64,000 nt of DNA from Candidatus Entotheonellaceae bacterium. GTDB lineage: Bacteria; Tectomicrobia; Entotheonellia; Entotheonellales; Entotheonellaceae. Below the pieces are notes generated by a model. That model ran no database searches, had not been told where the DNA came from, and saw only the letters and a list, made by a program, of their open reading frames with translations. The stretch lies in assembly GCA_965238075.1 (NCBI GenBank), contig OZ250173.1, positions 1,664,001-1,728,000 of the forward strand, written 5' to 3'. Below are positions 8,040 to 17,346 of the stretch, in pieces (the stretch's first letter is position 1; each line of letters opens with the position of its first letter). The position numbers and the translations under genes were made by a program.

Positions 8040-10356
8040 TGAATAACCATCCCGCCCCTGATCCTGTCGGAACGCTCACCCCGCAATCTTCTGCGGCCAC
8101 GAATGGAGCGAAGCCGAACAGACGCAGTTGGCTGCACCTCAGGATTGGGCAGCAGTTCTTTTTGTGCCTTCTGGTCAGCGTTCTCCTGACGTTGAGCGCC
8201 AGCCTTGTGGCTTACTATTCCTTCCATGAGATCCTCCAACACGGCTCCCGACTTGCGGAATCCGGCATCCCCAATCTGAGCAGTGCCGTGGGTGTAACGC
8301 GCCAAAGCGGCATTGTGGTCAACGGAGCGCTCCATCTCATCGCGGCGGCGTCTCTGGAGGAGCACCGGACGGTGACCGAAGAGCTGGCCGAGGAGCGGTC
8401 CCTGCTTGGCGACCTGATCTATGAGCTTGAATCCCGTGCGTACGAGCTCGAAACCCGCGAGTTTGAATCCCGTTCCATCTCCATCCTCGGCGGGCAGACT
8501 CGGATGGACGATAGCGTGCACCTCGCCGATATCGGGCTGCACCTTGCCGATATCGAGGGGCAGCTTGCCGATATTGATCTCTACCTGGGAGAGATACAGG
8601 AATCGGCCGCCCAGCGTCTTGCCATCGCCAGCGCCCTGGAACGGCTCAAGGAAGAACTCGCCGAGACGAATCGACTCATTGAGCGCCACCTCGTTGTCGC
8701 CACCGACGACCAGGGCTTTTATCTGGTAGAAGGGTTACGCCGCTTGGAAGACCAGCCAAGCCCGATTGAGGAGCGGGCCTCCGAAGCCGAGCTTGCGTAT
8801 TACCAAGACTTGGTGACCGTGAATCACCAGGCCAATCTCGCGGCGCTGCTGCTGGGGGACGCGTTGTTTCTTTCCGACCCAGCCATCTGCCGATCCTGCA
8901 GGGTCGTTTCCGCAGCGCCGTGCAGAACTTTCAACGGGCCTATGCGAGGCTGTCGGCCCGGGTGCCGGACAGCGTCCTCGGTGAAAATCTGAAGCGCCTG
9001 GCGCAATTGGGAGAATCCGGCGAGGGAATCATCACGCTGCGTCGGGAAGTCCTGCGTCGGCTCGAACAGGAGCAGGAAGCGCTCGCGAGAGGGCGCGAGG
9101 CCTCCGTCTTGCTTCTCGCCGCGGTGAACAGCCTGGTGACGGATGTTAACGACGAGGCCGTGAGTGTAAGCAACGCCTCGCAAGCCGCTGTTCGGACCGG
9201 GCGGCTGCTCCTCACCCTGGTCAACATTCTGAGCATCTCTGCTGCTCTCCTCATCGGCTGGTTGTTCGTGGGACGTTACCTGATCCGTCGCCTCGTCGGG
9301 CTCGCAACGGCGATGCGCTCCATGGCGGGTGGCGACCTGGAGGTGCCTGTCGAGGTGCGGGGCCATGATGAGGTGGCCGACATGGCCAACGCCCTGGAGG
9401 TGTTCCGGCGCCACGCCCTTGAAGTGCAGCGGCTGAATCTGGTCGAGAAGCTGGCCCACGAGTTGGACGCGAAGAACCGCACGCTGGAAGAGGCGCTGGA
9501 AAATCTCCAGAAGATGCAGGAGCAGATGGTCGCTGAGCAAAAGCTCGCATCGCTCGGTCAACTCGCGGCCGGCGTCGCCCATGAAATCAAGAACCCGCTC
9601 AACTTTGTAATCAACTTTTCCGATGTCTCCGTCGAGCTGATTGATGAGATTGGCGAGGTGATGACGGAAATCAAGGACCGGGAGGAAGGCGATCTTGCCA
9701 GCGAGATCGAGCCCATTCTTTCGGACCTCCGGCTGAATCTTCAGAAGGTCAAGGAACATGGCGAACACGCCGATGGCATCGTACGCAGCATGCTCGAACA
9801 TTCCCGCTCCGCGCCGGGGGACTGGCGAGAGACGGACTTGAATGCCTTGTTGAAGCAATACGTTGATCTCGCCTATCACTCGATGCGTGCCCATGGCCAG
9901 GGGTTCAACGCGACGCTCAGCCAGGACCTCGACCCGGAAATCGGCATGGTTGAAGTGGTCCCCCAGGAGATCAGCCGGGCATTCCTCAACCTCATCACAA
10001 ACGCCTACCAGGCCCTTGATGAAAAACGCCGCACGTCGAACGACCCGGACTATGAGCCGGAATTGCGTGTCACCACCCGCCGATTGGAGGAGCAAGCGGA
10101 GATCTGCATTCGCGACAACGGCCCCGGCATTTCACAGGCGCTGCGCGAACGGATTTTCGAGCCCTTCGTCACCACAAAGGCCCCAGGTGAAGGAACGGGG
10201 CTCGGCCTTTCGCTCACCATGGACATCCTCACCCGCCACGGAGGCACCATCCACCTCGACACCGAGGAGGGCGCCTTCACCGAGATGCGAATCGTCCTTC
10301 CTCTCAAGCGCCCTCTGGAAGCAGCCGAAGCAGTAACCCAGGGGGAAGAGAAGTGA
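8036..10356 (+). CDS. Membrane sensor histidine kinase (TorS-like periplasmic domain, HAMP, HisKA, HATPase), 1-nt frameshift at ~8880
   Basis: ORF 8036-8992 encodes TM1 and a helical sensor. ORF 8920-10356 encodes TM2, HAMP, AGVAHEIKNPLN, DNGPG and GTGLGL. Adding one C to the CCC run at 8878-8880 joins the frames (SDPSHLPILQGRFRSAVQN). Confidence 0.88.
8420..8602 (+). repeat. In-frame 21-nt (heptad) tandem repeats inside the kinase sensor domain
   Basis: tatgagcttgaatcccgtgcg/tacgagctcgaaacccgcgag (YELESRA/YELETRE) and cacctcgccgatatcgggctg/caccttgccgatatcgagggg/cagcttgccgatattgatctc (HLADIGL/HLADIEG/QLADIDL). Confidence 0.7.
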
Positions 10357-10367
10357 CTTTTTCCTCA

Positions 10368-10430
10368 GGCTCAGGACTCATAACCAGAAGATGACTGCGG
10401 CGGCGATGCAGATGGCACTGTAGAAGGTTA
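10368..10430 (-). mobile_element. IS5-family right-end remnant
   Basis: The minus strand encodes TFYSAICIAAAVIFWL*, which resembles IS5-family transposase C-termini, followed by the end-like sequence tgagtcctgagcc. Confidence 0.55.
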
Positions 10431-10433
10431 AGA

Positions 10434-10622
10434 GGTTCCTCACACGAATGTATGCACGGTCTGAGGTAGAGGCAGGTTGCCCAGACAGTGGTAGAGATTA
10501 CGGATGTAGTTCTTGGCGGTGCGGAATCCGTACGCCTTGTGAATGACGAGCTTCGCCTTGTTGTTGAGCCCTTCGACCGTACCGTTGTCGATCTGCACGC
10601 CATGAAAAAGGCCACTGAACAA
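10434..10622 (-). mobile_element. ISL3-family transposase C-terminal fragment with IS end
   Basis: NGTVEGLNNKAKLVIHKAYGFRT is a typical ISL3 C-terminus. GGTTCC end motif at 10434. Confidence 0.8.
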
Positions 10623-10701
10623 GCCGCTTCAGCCAAGTTGCGCTCTTGATAACTCAGATGCCATTGCGCCTATCCAGGTTGCTAACGAGGCACCGCTGGC
10701 A

Positions 10702-11346
10702 TTGAACGCACCAAACCGGACGGGCACGATTAAAGCCAGACGCTATGAACCGGGGATGCCGGACACGCCAGCCACGTTGCAGCGTTGCTTTGATACCGCA
10801 CGCACGCCTGCGGTTGCCGTGCAGGGTGACCTCGCCTTACTTGACGGCGTCCTGACCGGCTTCTTCTGCTCGGTGCGTTGTCCGGGCGACATCATTCTGA
10901 AGACCTACGACCTCGCCAAGACCCTTCGGGGAGTGGAGATAACGCTCATCGGCGGGTTTCAGTCCCCGATGGAGAAGGAGTTTCTGGACGTGCTGCTATG
11001 GGGGCGGGTCCGCCTTGCTATCTGTCCGGCGCGGGGCCTCGGCAATATGCGCGTTCCGAAAAACTGGCGTGCTCCTTTGGCGGATGGGCGTTTGCTGCTC
11101 CTCTCCTTTGTCGACGACAACATTCGTCGTCCGACCGCGGCTATCGTGGCTAGACGAAACCCTTATGTTGCTGCCGTTTCCAACCGCATCCTCGCGGCCC
11201 ACGCCCAACAAAACAGCAAGACTGAGGCATTGTGCAAGTATGCCCTGACAAGCCGCAAGCTGGTTCTCACCCTGGACTCGCCGCACAATGCCCATCTCAT
11301 GGCGCTCGGCGCTTCGCGCTTTTCGGCGGGCAGCCTGCCTCTCTGA
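10702..11346 (+). CDS. DprA/Smf-like (SLOG) nucleotide-binding protein
   Basis: GFFCSVRCPG, IGGFQSPMEKE, ICPARG and RRN motifs. Start codon uncertain. Confidence 0.7.
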   Translation: MNAPNRTGTIKARRYEPGMPDTPATLQRCFDTARTPAVAVQGDLALLDGVLTGFFCSVRCPGDIILKTYDLAKTLRGVEITLIGGFQSPMEKEFLDVLLWGRVRLAICPARGLGNMRVPKNWRAPLADGRLLLLSFVDDNIRRPTAAIVARRNPYVAAVSNRILAAHAQQNSKTEALCKYALTSRKLVLTLDSPHNAHLMALGASRFSAGSLPL

Positions 11347-11378
11347 ACGTGCAGACATGATCCCACGTACGAATTGGA

Positions 11379-11393
11379 TATGGGTTTACCATA
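11379..11393 (+). promoter_or_regulatory. Putative operator inverted repeat upstream of the antitoxin
   Basis: TATGG-gttta-CCATA, with a TAGCAT -10-like hexamer just before ATG 11420 (probably leaderless). Confidence 0.35.
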
Positions 11394-11419
11394 CAGGACA
11401 GGATTGCTAGCATGGCGCC

Positions 11420-11689
11420 ATGAAAACAACCATCGACATCCATGACGAGCTACTTGGACGTGCGAAACAACACGCCCAGGACACAGGCCAACCGCTTCAT
11501 GCCGTGATAGAGGAGGGGCTTCGTCAGGTCCTCGCCGGCGCATTGTCCCGTCGTCCTTACAAGCTTCCCGATTTACGGGTTGGCAATCCCGCAGCGTACG
11601 ATCCGCTGGAGTGGTTCCCCTGGCCCGAATTGCGCGAAGCGATATACAAGGACACGACCGGCATAGTCAATTCCAGGATACGAACATAG
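11420..11689 (+). CDS. VapB-like ribbon-helix-helix antitoxin (orphan)
   Basis: MKTTIDIHDELLGRAK...VIEEGLR is a VapB/DUF2191-type N-terminus. No PIN toxin follows. Confidence 0.75.
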   Translation: MKTTIDIHDELLGRAKQHAQDTGQPLHAVIEEGLRQVLAGALSRRPYKLPDLRVGNPAAYDPLEWFPWPELREAIYKDTTGIVNSRIRT

Positions 11690-11710
11690 CGGGTGAACAG
11701 CGGAGGAGCC

Positions 11711-13621
11711 ATGTCAGACAGCCAGCAGAAACGATCGATGCAGTACGGCCTGTGGCCAAGCCCTGTTGCGCCGCAGAGTCTGGCGGAAGGGTTGCGGCTG
11801 TCGGATGTGGCGTGGGACAGCGACGGGGAGACCGTGGTGTGGCTGGAAGGGCGCTCGGACCGCGGGGTGCTGGTGTGCTTGCCGGCGGGAGAGGATGCGC
11901 CGCGGGATTTGACGACGACGCTGTCGGTGCGGGCGCGGGTCGGCTACGGGGGCGCGGATTTTGGCGTAGCGAGTGGCTGGGTCTATTTCAGTGAAGCCGG
12001 TGGACGGCTGTACCGGCAAGCCCTGGCCGGCGGACCTACCGAGCCGTTGACGCCAGCATTCGGTTACGCCGCGGCGCCCGCAGTGTCGCCGGACCGGCGC
12101 TGGATGGTCTTCGTGCATACGTATGAGGACGTGGATTGTCTGGCGATTGTGGATACCGGCGGGCAGGCATGGCCGCAGAAATTGGCGACCGGCGCGGATT
12201 TCTACATGCAGCCGTGCTGGCACCCGCAGGGAGACCGAATCGCCTGGGTGGAGTGGAACCATCCGCGGATGCCGTGGGACGGCTCGCTGCTGAAGATGGG
12301 CACGGTGCAATCCGGCAGCGACGGCGTTCCCCGTCTGGCTGACGTGCGAACACTGGCCGGGGACGAAACGACGGCTGTCTTTCAACCCACGTTTTCGCCG
12401 GATGGCCGCAATCTGGCCTATGTGTCCAATGCGACGGGCTGGAGCAATCTCTACCTGTACGACCTGCAGGATGACCGTCACCGCATGCTGACAGCCGATG
12501 GCGCCGACGTGGGGCAACCGGCCTGGCAACAGGGCACCCGCACGTACGGCTTTGCGCCCGACAGCAGCGCCCTGTACTACGTGCGCAACGAGGCGGGCTT
12601 CCGGCGGCTTTGGCGCTACGACCTGCAACGCGACACGGCTGCCGACCATCATGCCGGCCTGGAGACCTACACGTATCTCGAACAACCGGCCTTGTCTCCG
12701 ACCCGAGATATGCTGGCGTGTATCGCCTCGTCCAGTACGCTACCGGCGCGGATCATTACCCTGCCCCTCGACAATCCCCAAGCCGCCCGCGTACGCAAAC
12801 GCAGTGCCTCGGAAAGCGTGCCTGAACAGGAATTCTCGCGACCACAGGCGGTGTCGTGGCCGACGACCGGCGGCACAACGGTTCACGGCCTCTTCTACCC
12901 GCCGAGCAGCACCCGCTTTCAGGGCATCGGCCTGCCACCCGCGATTGTCTCTATTCACGGCGGCCCCACCTCGCAAGCCGTGGCAAGCTTTCACCCGGCA
13001 ACGCAGTTTTTCACCACGCGGGGCTATGCCGTGCTACAGGTCAATTACCGCGGCAGCACGGGCTATGGCCGGGATTACACCGACGCGCTGCGCGGCACCT
13101 GGGGCGTTTACGACATCGAAGACGCGGTTAGCGGGGCAGGCTATCTCGTCGAGCAGGGATGGGTGGACGACGGCAAGCTGGTCATCATGGGCAGCAGCGC
13201 CGGGGGTTATACGGTTTTGCAGGCGTTGGTGAGCCGTGCCGGTTTCTTCAAAGCCGGCATCAGCATGTACGGCATCTCAGACCTGTTTGCCCTGGCGGCC
13301 ACCACCCATAAATTCGAGGCGTATTACCTCGACCAGTTGATCGGCCCGCTGCCGCAAGCAGCCAGCCTGTACCGCGAACGCTCGCCCTTGTTCGCCACCG
13401 ACGCCATTTGTGACCCCGTGGCGGTGTTTCAGGGCGAGATCGACCAAGTGGTGCCCAAGGCGCAAGCCGACGCCATCGTCGCCTCCCTGGTGAGCCGCGG
13501 CGTGCCGCACGTTTACCATGTCTACGCCGGCGAGGGGCACGGCTGGCGCAAGACCGAGACCATCGCGCATTTCTACGGGGCGGTGGATGCCTTTCTCCGC
13601 CAGCACGTTCTGTTCACATGA
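11711..13621 (+). CDS. S9 family (prolyl oligopeptidase/acyl-peptide hydrolase) serine peptidase
   Basis: YGLWPSP N-terminus, HGGPT, NYRGSTGYG, GSSAGG nucleophile, D..V and EGHG. RBS GGAGG. Confidence 0.93.
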   Translation: MSDSQQKRSMQYGLWPSPVAPQSLAEGLRLSDVAWDSDGETVVWLEGRSDRGVLVCLPAGEDAPRDLTTTLSVRARVGYGGADFGVASGWVYFSEAGGRLYRQALAGGPTEPLTPAFGYAAAPAVSPDRRWMVFVHTYEDVDCLAIVDTGGQAWPQKLATGADFYMQPCWHPQGDRIAWVEWNHPRMPWDGSLLKMGTVQSGSDGVPRLADVRTLAGDETTAVFQPTFSPDGRNLAYVSNATGWSNLYLYDLQDDRHRMLTADGADVGQPAWQQGTRTYGFAPDSSALYYVRNEAGFRRLWRYDLQRDTAADHHAGLETYTYLEQPALSPTRDMLACIASSSTLPARIITLPLDNPQAARVRKRSASESVPEQEFSRPQAVSWPTTGGTTVHGLFYPPSSTRFQGIGLPPAIVSIHGGPTSQAVASFHPATQFFTTRGYAVLQVNYRGSTGYGRDYTDALRGTWGVYDIEDAVSGAGYLVEQGWVDDGKLVIMGSSAGGYTVLQALVSRAGFFKAGISMYGISDLFALAATTHKFEAYYLDQLIGPLPQAASLYRERSPLFATDAICDPVAVFQGEIDQVVPKAQADAIVASLVSRGVPHVYHVYAGEGHGWRKTETIAHFYGAVDAFLRQHVLFT

Positions 13622-13691
13622 GTCGCAGCGCGGCCGGGAACTCCCCCTTATGCACGGCAACATCCATCATTCCCAAGAAGATTCGGTAACC

Positions 13692-14459
13692 ATGCCCCTG
13701 CAGGGCAAACGCATCTTGGTGACGCGGGCGCAGGCGCAGGCGCACGATCTTGAAGCGCGCCTCCAGGCATTGGGGGCGGTGCCGCTGGCGTTTCCAACCA
13801 TTCACATCATCCCACCGAAAGACGGCTATGCGGCGTTGGACGCAGCCCTGCGCGAGTTGGCGACATTCGACTGGGTGGTGTTCACCAGCGTCAACGGCGT
13901 CGACCACGTCTGGAAGCGCCTGGCCGTGCTTGGGTTGGACGGTCGCGTTTTCACACGTCTGCAGCTGGCCGCCATCGGTCCTGCAACCGCTGCCGAACTG
14001 GCCGCACGAGATTTGAAAAGCGTTGTGGTGCCAAAGCGGTTCGTTGCTGAGGCACTGCTGGAAGTGATTCCAAAACCGGCCGGCAAGCGCTTCTTGCTGC
14101 CGCGCGCGGCCCTGGCCCGAGAAACGCTGCGCACCGGCTTGCAACACGCCGGCGCCCAGGTGGTCGAGGTGCCCGCGTACGATACCGTCCTGCCCGAACC
14201 TTCCTCCGAAACCCTCGCCGAAATTGAGGCCGGCGTCGACGTTCTCACCTTCACGGCGAGTAGTACGGTACGCAACTTCGTTGCCCAACTGGGCCAAGCC
14301 CGCGCCCGTTCGCTGGCAGATCGGGCACAGGTTGCCGTCATCGGCCCGATAACGGCTGAGACCGCCCGCAATTTGGGGCTACGCGTCGATGTGGTGGCTT
14401 CCGAATACACGATTGGCGGCTTGGTCGCGGCACTAGTCGACGCTTACGGGCCGCGTTAG
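13692..14459 (+). CDS. hemD: Uroporphyrinogen-III synthase
   Basis: ILVTRA, WVVFTSVNGV, AIGPATA, FTASSTV and IGPIT. Confidence 0.9.
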   Translation: MPLQGKRILVTRAQAQAHDLEARLQALGAVPLAFPTIHIIPPKDGYAALDAALRELATFDWVVFTSVNGVDHVWKRLAVLGLDGRVFTRLQLAAIGPATAAELAARDLKSVVVPKRFVAEALLEVIPKPAGKRFLLPRAALARETLRTGLQHAGAQVVEVPAYDTVLPEPSSETLAEIEAGVDVLTFTASSTVRNFVAQLGQARARSLADRAQVAVIGPITAETARNLGLRVDVVASEYTIGGLVAALVDAYGPR

Positions 14460-14542
14460 GAACGGCTGTGGTGGGCGAAGCGGCCCTCGCATGAGAACCG
14501 CTTCTGGAAGGGGATGAATGGGTGCCGGTCGTCAGGCCCGCC

Positions 14543-15637
14543 TTAATCGTCGGGCAGATGGACGACCGAGCGCAGCGTCTCGCCCCGCTCCATGGCCTCA
14601 AAGGCGGGCTCCGTCTCGTCGAGCGTGATGACCCGCGTGACGACCCGGTCGAGGTCGAGGTCGCCGCGCCGGTACCAATCCGCCAGCATGGGGAAATCGC
14701 GCGACGGTAGGCAATCGCCGTACCAACTCACCCGCAGGGCGCCACCCAAGCCGAAGAACTGCTGGATCGGCAGGTCCAGGCGCATCGTTGGGTCCGGCAC
14801 GCCGATGAGCACACACGTGCCGGCAAGGTCGCGTGCCCACAGGGCCTGCAGCAAGGTTTCGGGTCGGCCAATCGCCTCGAATGAAAAATCGACACCGTTA
14901 CCGCCCGTCAGTTCCTTGATAGCCGCCACCGGATCACCATCGCGGGCGTTTACCAAGTCTGTGGCGCCAAACTCGCGGGCCCAATTGAGCTTGTTCTCGG
15001 CGATGTCAACGGCGATGATCTTAGAAGCGTGGGCAATCCTGGCGCCCTGAATGACGCTGGCGCCAACGCCGCCGCAGCCGAAAACGGCAACGGTGCTGCC
15101 GCGCCGCACGGATGCTGTGTAGAGCACAGCGCCGATGCCGGTCATGACGCCGCAACCAATCAGACAGGCTTGCACTGGCGGGCATTCGGTCGACACGGGC
15201 ACGGCCTGCCGAGCGGCCACGACGGTGTGCGTGCAGAACGTCCCGATGCCCAGCGCCGGGCTGAGGGTGGTGCCGTCTGCCGTCCGCATGCGCGGCTCGG
15301 CGTTGAGGCTGGCGGCGCAGAGATGCGGCTGGCCGATGGCGCAGAAGCGGCAATTGCCGCATGGCGCACGCCAAGCCAGGATGACGTAATCGCCCACTGC
15401 CGGGGCGGTGACGCCCTCACCCACGGCCTCGACGATGCCGGCGCCCTCGTGGCCGAGCAGGTACGGAAAATCGTTGCCGACGCTGCCCAGCTTGTAATGC
15501 AAATCGGTGTGGCACACGCCGCTGGCCTGCACGCGAACCAACACTTCGCCCGGACCCGGCGGATCAATGAGAATTTCTTCCACGTGTGCCGGTTCTCCGG
15601 CGCGACGCGCCACGACGCCTCGTCCTGTGATGGTCAT
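14543..15637 (-). CDS. Zn-dependent alcohol dehydrogenase, S-(hydroxymethyl)mycothiol dehydrogenase-like
   Basis: GVCHTD, GHEGAG, LAWRAPCGNCRFC, GCGGVG and SWYGDCLPSRDFP (typical of the mycothiol-dependent formaldehyde dehydrogenase clade). Confidence 0.85.
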   Translation of the reverse strand: MTITGRGVVARRAGEPAHVEEILIDPPGPGEVLVRVQASGVCHTDLHYKLGSVGNDFPYLLGHEGAGIVEAVGEGVTAPAVGDYVILAWRAPCGNCRFCAIGQPHLCAASLNAEPRMRTADGTTLSPALGIGTFCTHTVVAARQAVPVSTECPPVQACLIGCGVMTGIGAVLYTASVRRGSTVAVFGCGGVGASVIQGARIAHASKIIAVDIAENKLNWAREFGATDLVNARDGDPVAAIKELTGGNGVDFSFEAIGRPETLLQALWARDLAGTCVLIGVPDPTMRLDLPIQQFFGLGGALRVSWYGDCLPSRDFPMLADWYRRGDLDLDRVVTRVITLDETEPAFEAMERGETLRSVVHLPDD

Positions 15638-15788
15638 CCCTGATTCCCTCTCGCTGTTCACTCCCGAAGCGCGGCTAGTGTGGGTTGCCGAGGCGTTCGA
15701 TGGAGCAAGGGTTACTGACTGCGACTCACGTTGTTGGGGCGCGTAGAATATCACACGGCGCACGGGCCGATGAAGCGCAAAAACGCCG

Positions 15789-15818
15789 TTGACAGGTTCC
15801 GGCGTGTCTGATTAAAGT
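15789..15818 (+). promoter_or_regulatory. Putative sigma70 promoter
   Basis: TTGACA-18 nt-TAAAGT upstream of the 15917 gene. Confidence 0.45.
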
Positions 15819-15916
15819 CTGGCACTCAATGCCGAGCATCGAGAGATTTGAACAGCTAAATGAGGCGCCTGAACGACCCTGGCGGAGTCGCGCGAGCCGG
15901 CGCCGAGGAGACGATC

Positions 15917-16471
15917 ATGTCCGCCGAGAAGTATGCCCTGTTAGAGGCAAGGATTCGCCAGACAGCAAGCCTGGTGGCGCGGCTGCGGGAGGAGAATCAG
16001 CTGTTGGTGCAGGAGAATGAACAGTTGTGCGCGCGCATCGCAGAGCTTGAAGAGGAACTCCAGCGTGCGCGGCGCCCTGGGGCAGAGTCGACGCCCGATC
16101 TCGATCATTTGCTTGAACAGCTCGATACGTTGCACCAGGCGGACTCGCCCCCGACAGTTGAGAAGGTGGAAGCGTACGAGCCGGAACCGGCGGCGGACGA
16201 CGTGCCTGCCGAAGAGCCAGAAGCCGAGGAACCGCGAACGGAAGAGGATTACTTTCAGCTCGGCACGACGTATGAGCGGCGCGGGCAGTTCGAGTCGGCC
16301 ATTCAGATCTACCAGCAACTGTTGGAGGCGGATGACAACAATCTGGAAGTGGCGCAGCGCCTCGCGTTCCTGCTCGAAAAGCTCAACCGCGACGAGGAGG
16401 CCGCTCCGTTATGGGACAGGATCTGGACCATGCGAGCAGGCCGGTCCAACCGGCAGCGCCGGTCCCGCTGA
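15917..16471 (+). CDS. Coiled-coil (ZapB-like N-terminus) plus TPR protein
   Basis: LEARIRQTASLVARLREENQLL coiled coil, acidic linker, then TPR YFQLGTTYERRGQFESAIQIYQQLL. RBS GAGGAG. Confidence 0.65.
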   Translation: MSAEKYALLEARIRQTASLVARLREENQLLVQENEQLCARIAELEEELQRARRPGAESTPDLDHLLEQLDTLHQADSPPTVEKVEAYEPEPAADDVPAEEPEAEEPRTEEDYFQLGTTYERRGQFESAIQIYQQLLEADDNNLEVAQRLAFLLEKLNRDEEAAPLWDRIWTMRAGRSNRQRRSR

Positions 16472-16608
16472 CCGCTGCCCCGTCCTTGCTTTTGCCACAC
16501 TAATTCATTTGTTTTCCAGCACGATACCATCCCAAGCACAGCCTTCAAGCGGTGCCGCCTCGAGGCCCCATCCCTTGTAAATCCACTGCACGACTATGGG
16601 AGAACACG

Positions 16609-17346
16609 ATGTCAGTATGCGTACGTCTTGTGTTGAGCGTTATTGTGTCGGTCTGGGTGTTGTCCGATTCAGCCCCTGCAGCACTGGCCGGAATGATCGG
16701 GTACCCCGCCGCCCGCCAGGAACGGCTGCTGCAGGTGCGTCTTGAATTGGCTGGCGACAGTTTCAGGGAAGGCGTGGAATCGAAAGGCCCCATTTCGGCG
16801 GGTGAGGAATTCAAGGCTGGAACTGGACGCGGACTGGTGACTGTCGTCGCGGGGCTGACCGACTGGAGTGAGATATACGCCCGCTTTGGCGGCGGTGAAT
16901 TCGATGTCGTCGGGACAGGATTCAATGGTTCATTCGGCTCGGCCTATGGCGCCGGTCTGCGGTTGCGTCTGTTGCGATTTGGTTGGGGTGTTGTCGGGGT
17001 TACGGGGCAGTATCTGCGTTTTTCGAGTGATGACGATGATGCAGGGGGTGCCGAGGTTGAAGGCTTATGGGAGGAATTCGACGCCGCCTTGGGCATCGGC
17101 ACACGGCGGTTTGAGACGTTTCAGTTATACGGCGGTGTGGCCTATCACCAGTCAACAATAACATTGTCGGGCGGTGAAGGCGTGCTGGAGTCGGATTTTG
17201 AATCGGCCGTTCCGGTGCGGGGGTTTGCCGGGGTGAACTTCTATCCCTTGGTCGATTTCCCGGCCGGGCATTTTGTGGTCAACGTGGAAGCCCGCTTCAT
17301 CGGCGAGACCCCGCAATTCACCTTGGGGCTGCAATACTCGTTTTAG
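16609..17346 (+). CDS. Putative outer-membrane beta-barrel protein
   Basis: Signal peptide, alternating amphipathic strands and C-terminal LGLQYSF beta-signal. Confidence 0.7.
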   Translation: MSVCVRLVLSVIVSVWVLSDSAPAALAGMIGYPAARQERLLQVRLELAGDSFREGVESKGPISAGEEFKAGTGRGLVTVVAGLTDWSEIYARFGGGEFDVVGTGFNGSFGSAYGAGLRLRLLRFGWGVVGVTGQYLRFSSDDDDAGGAEVEGLWEEFDAALGIGTRRFETFQLYGGVAYHQSTITLSGGEGVLESDFESAVPVRGFAGVNFYPLVDFPAGHFVVNVEARFIGETPQFTLGLQYSF

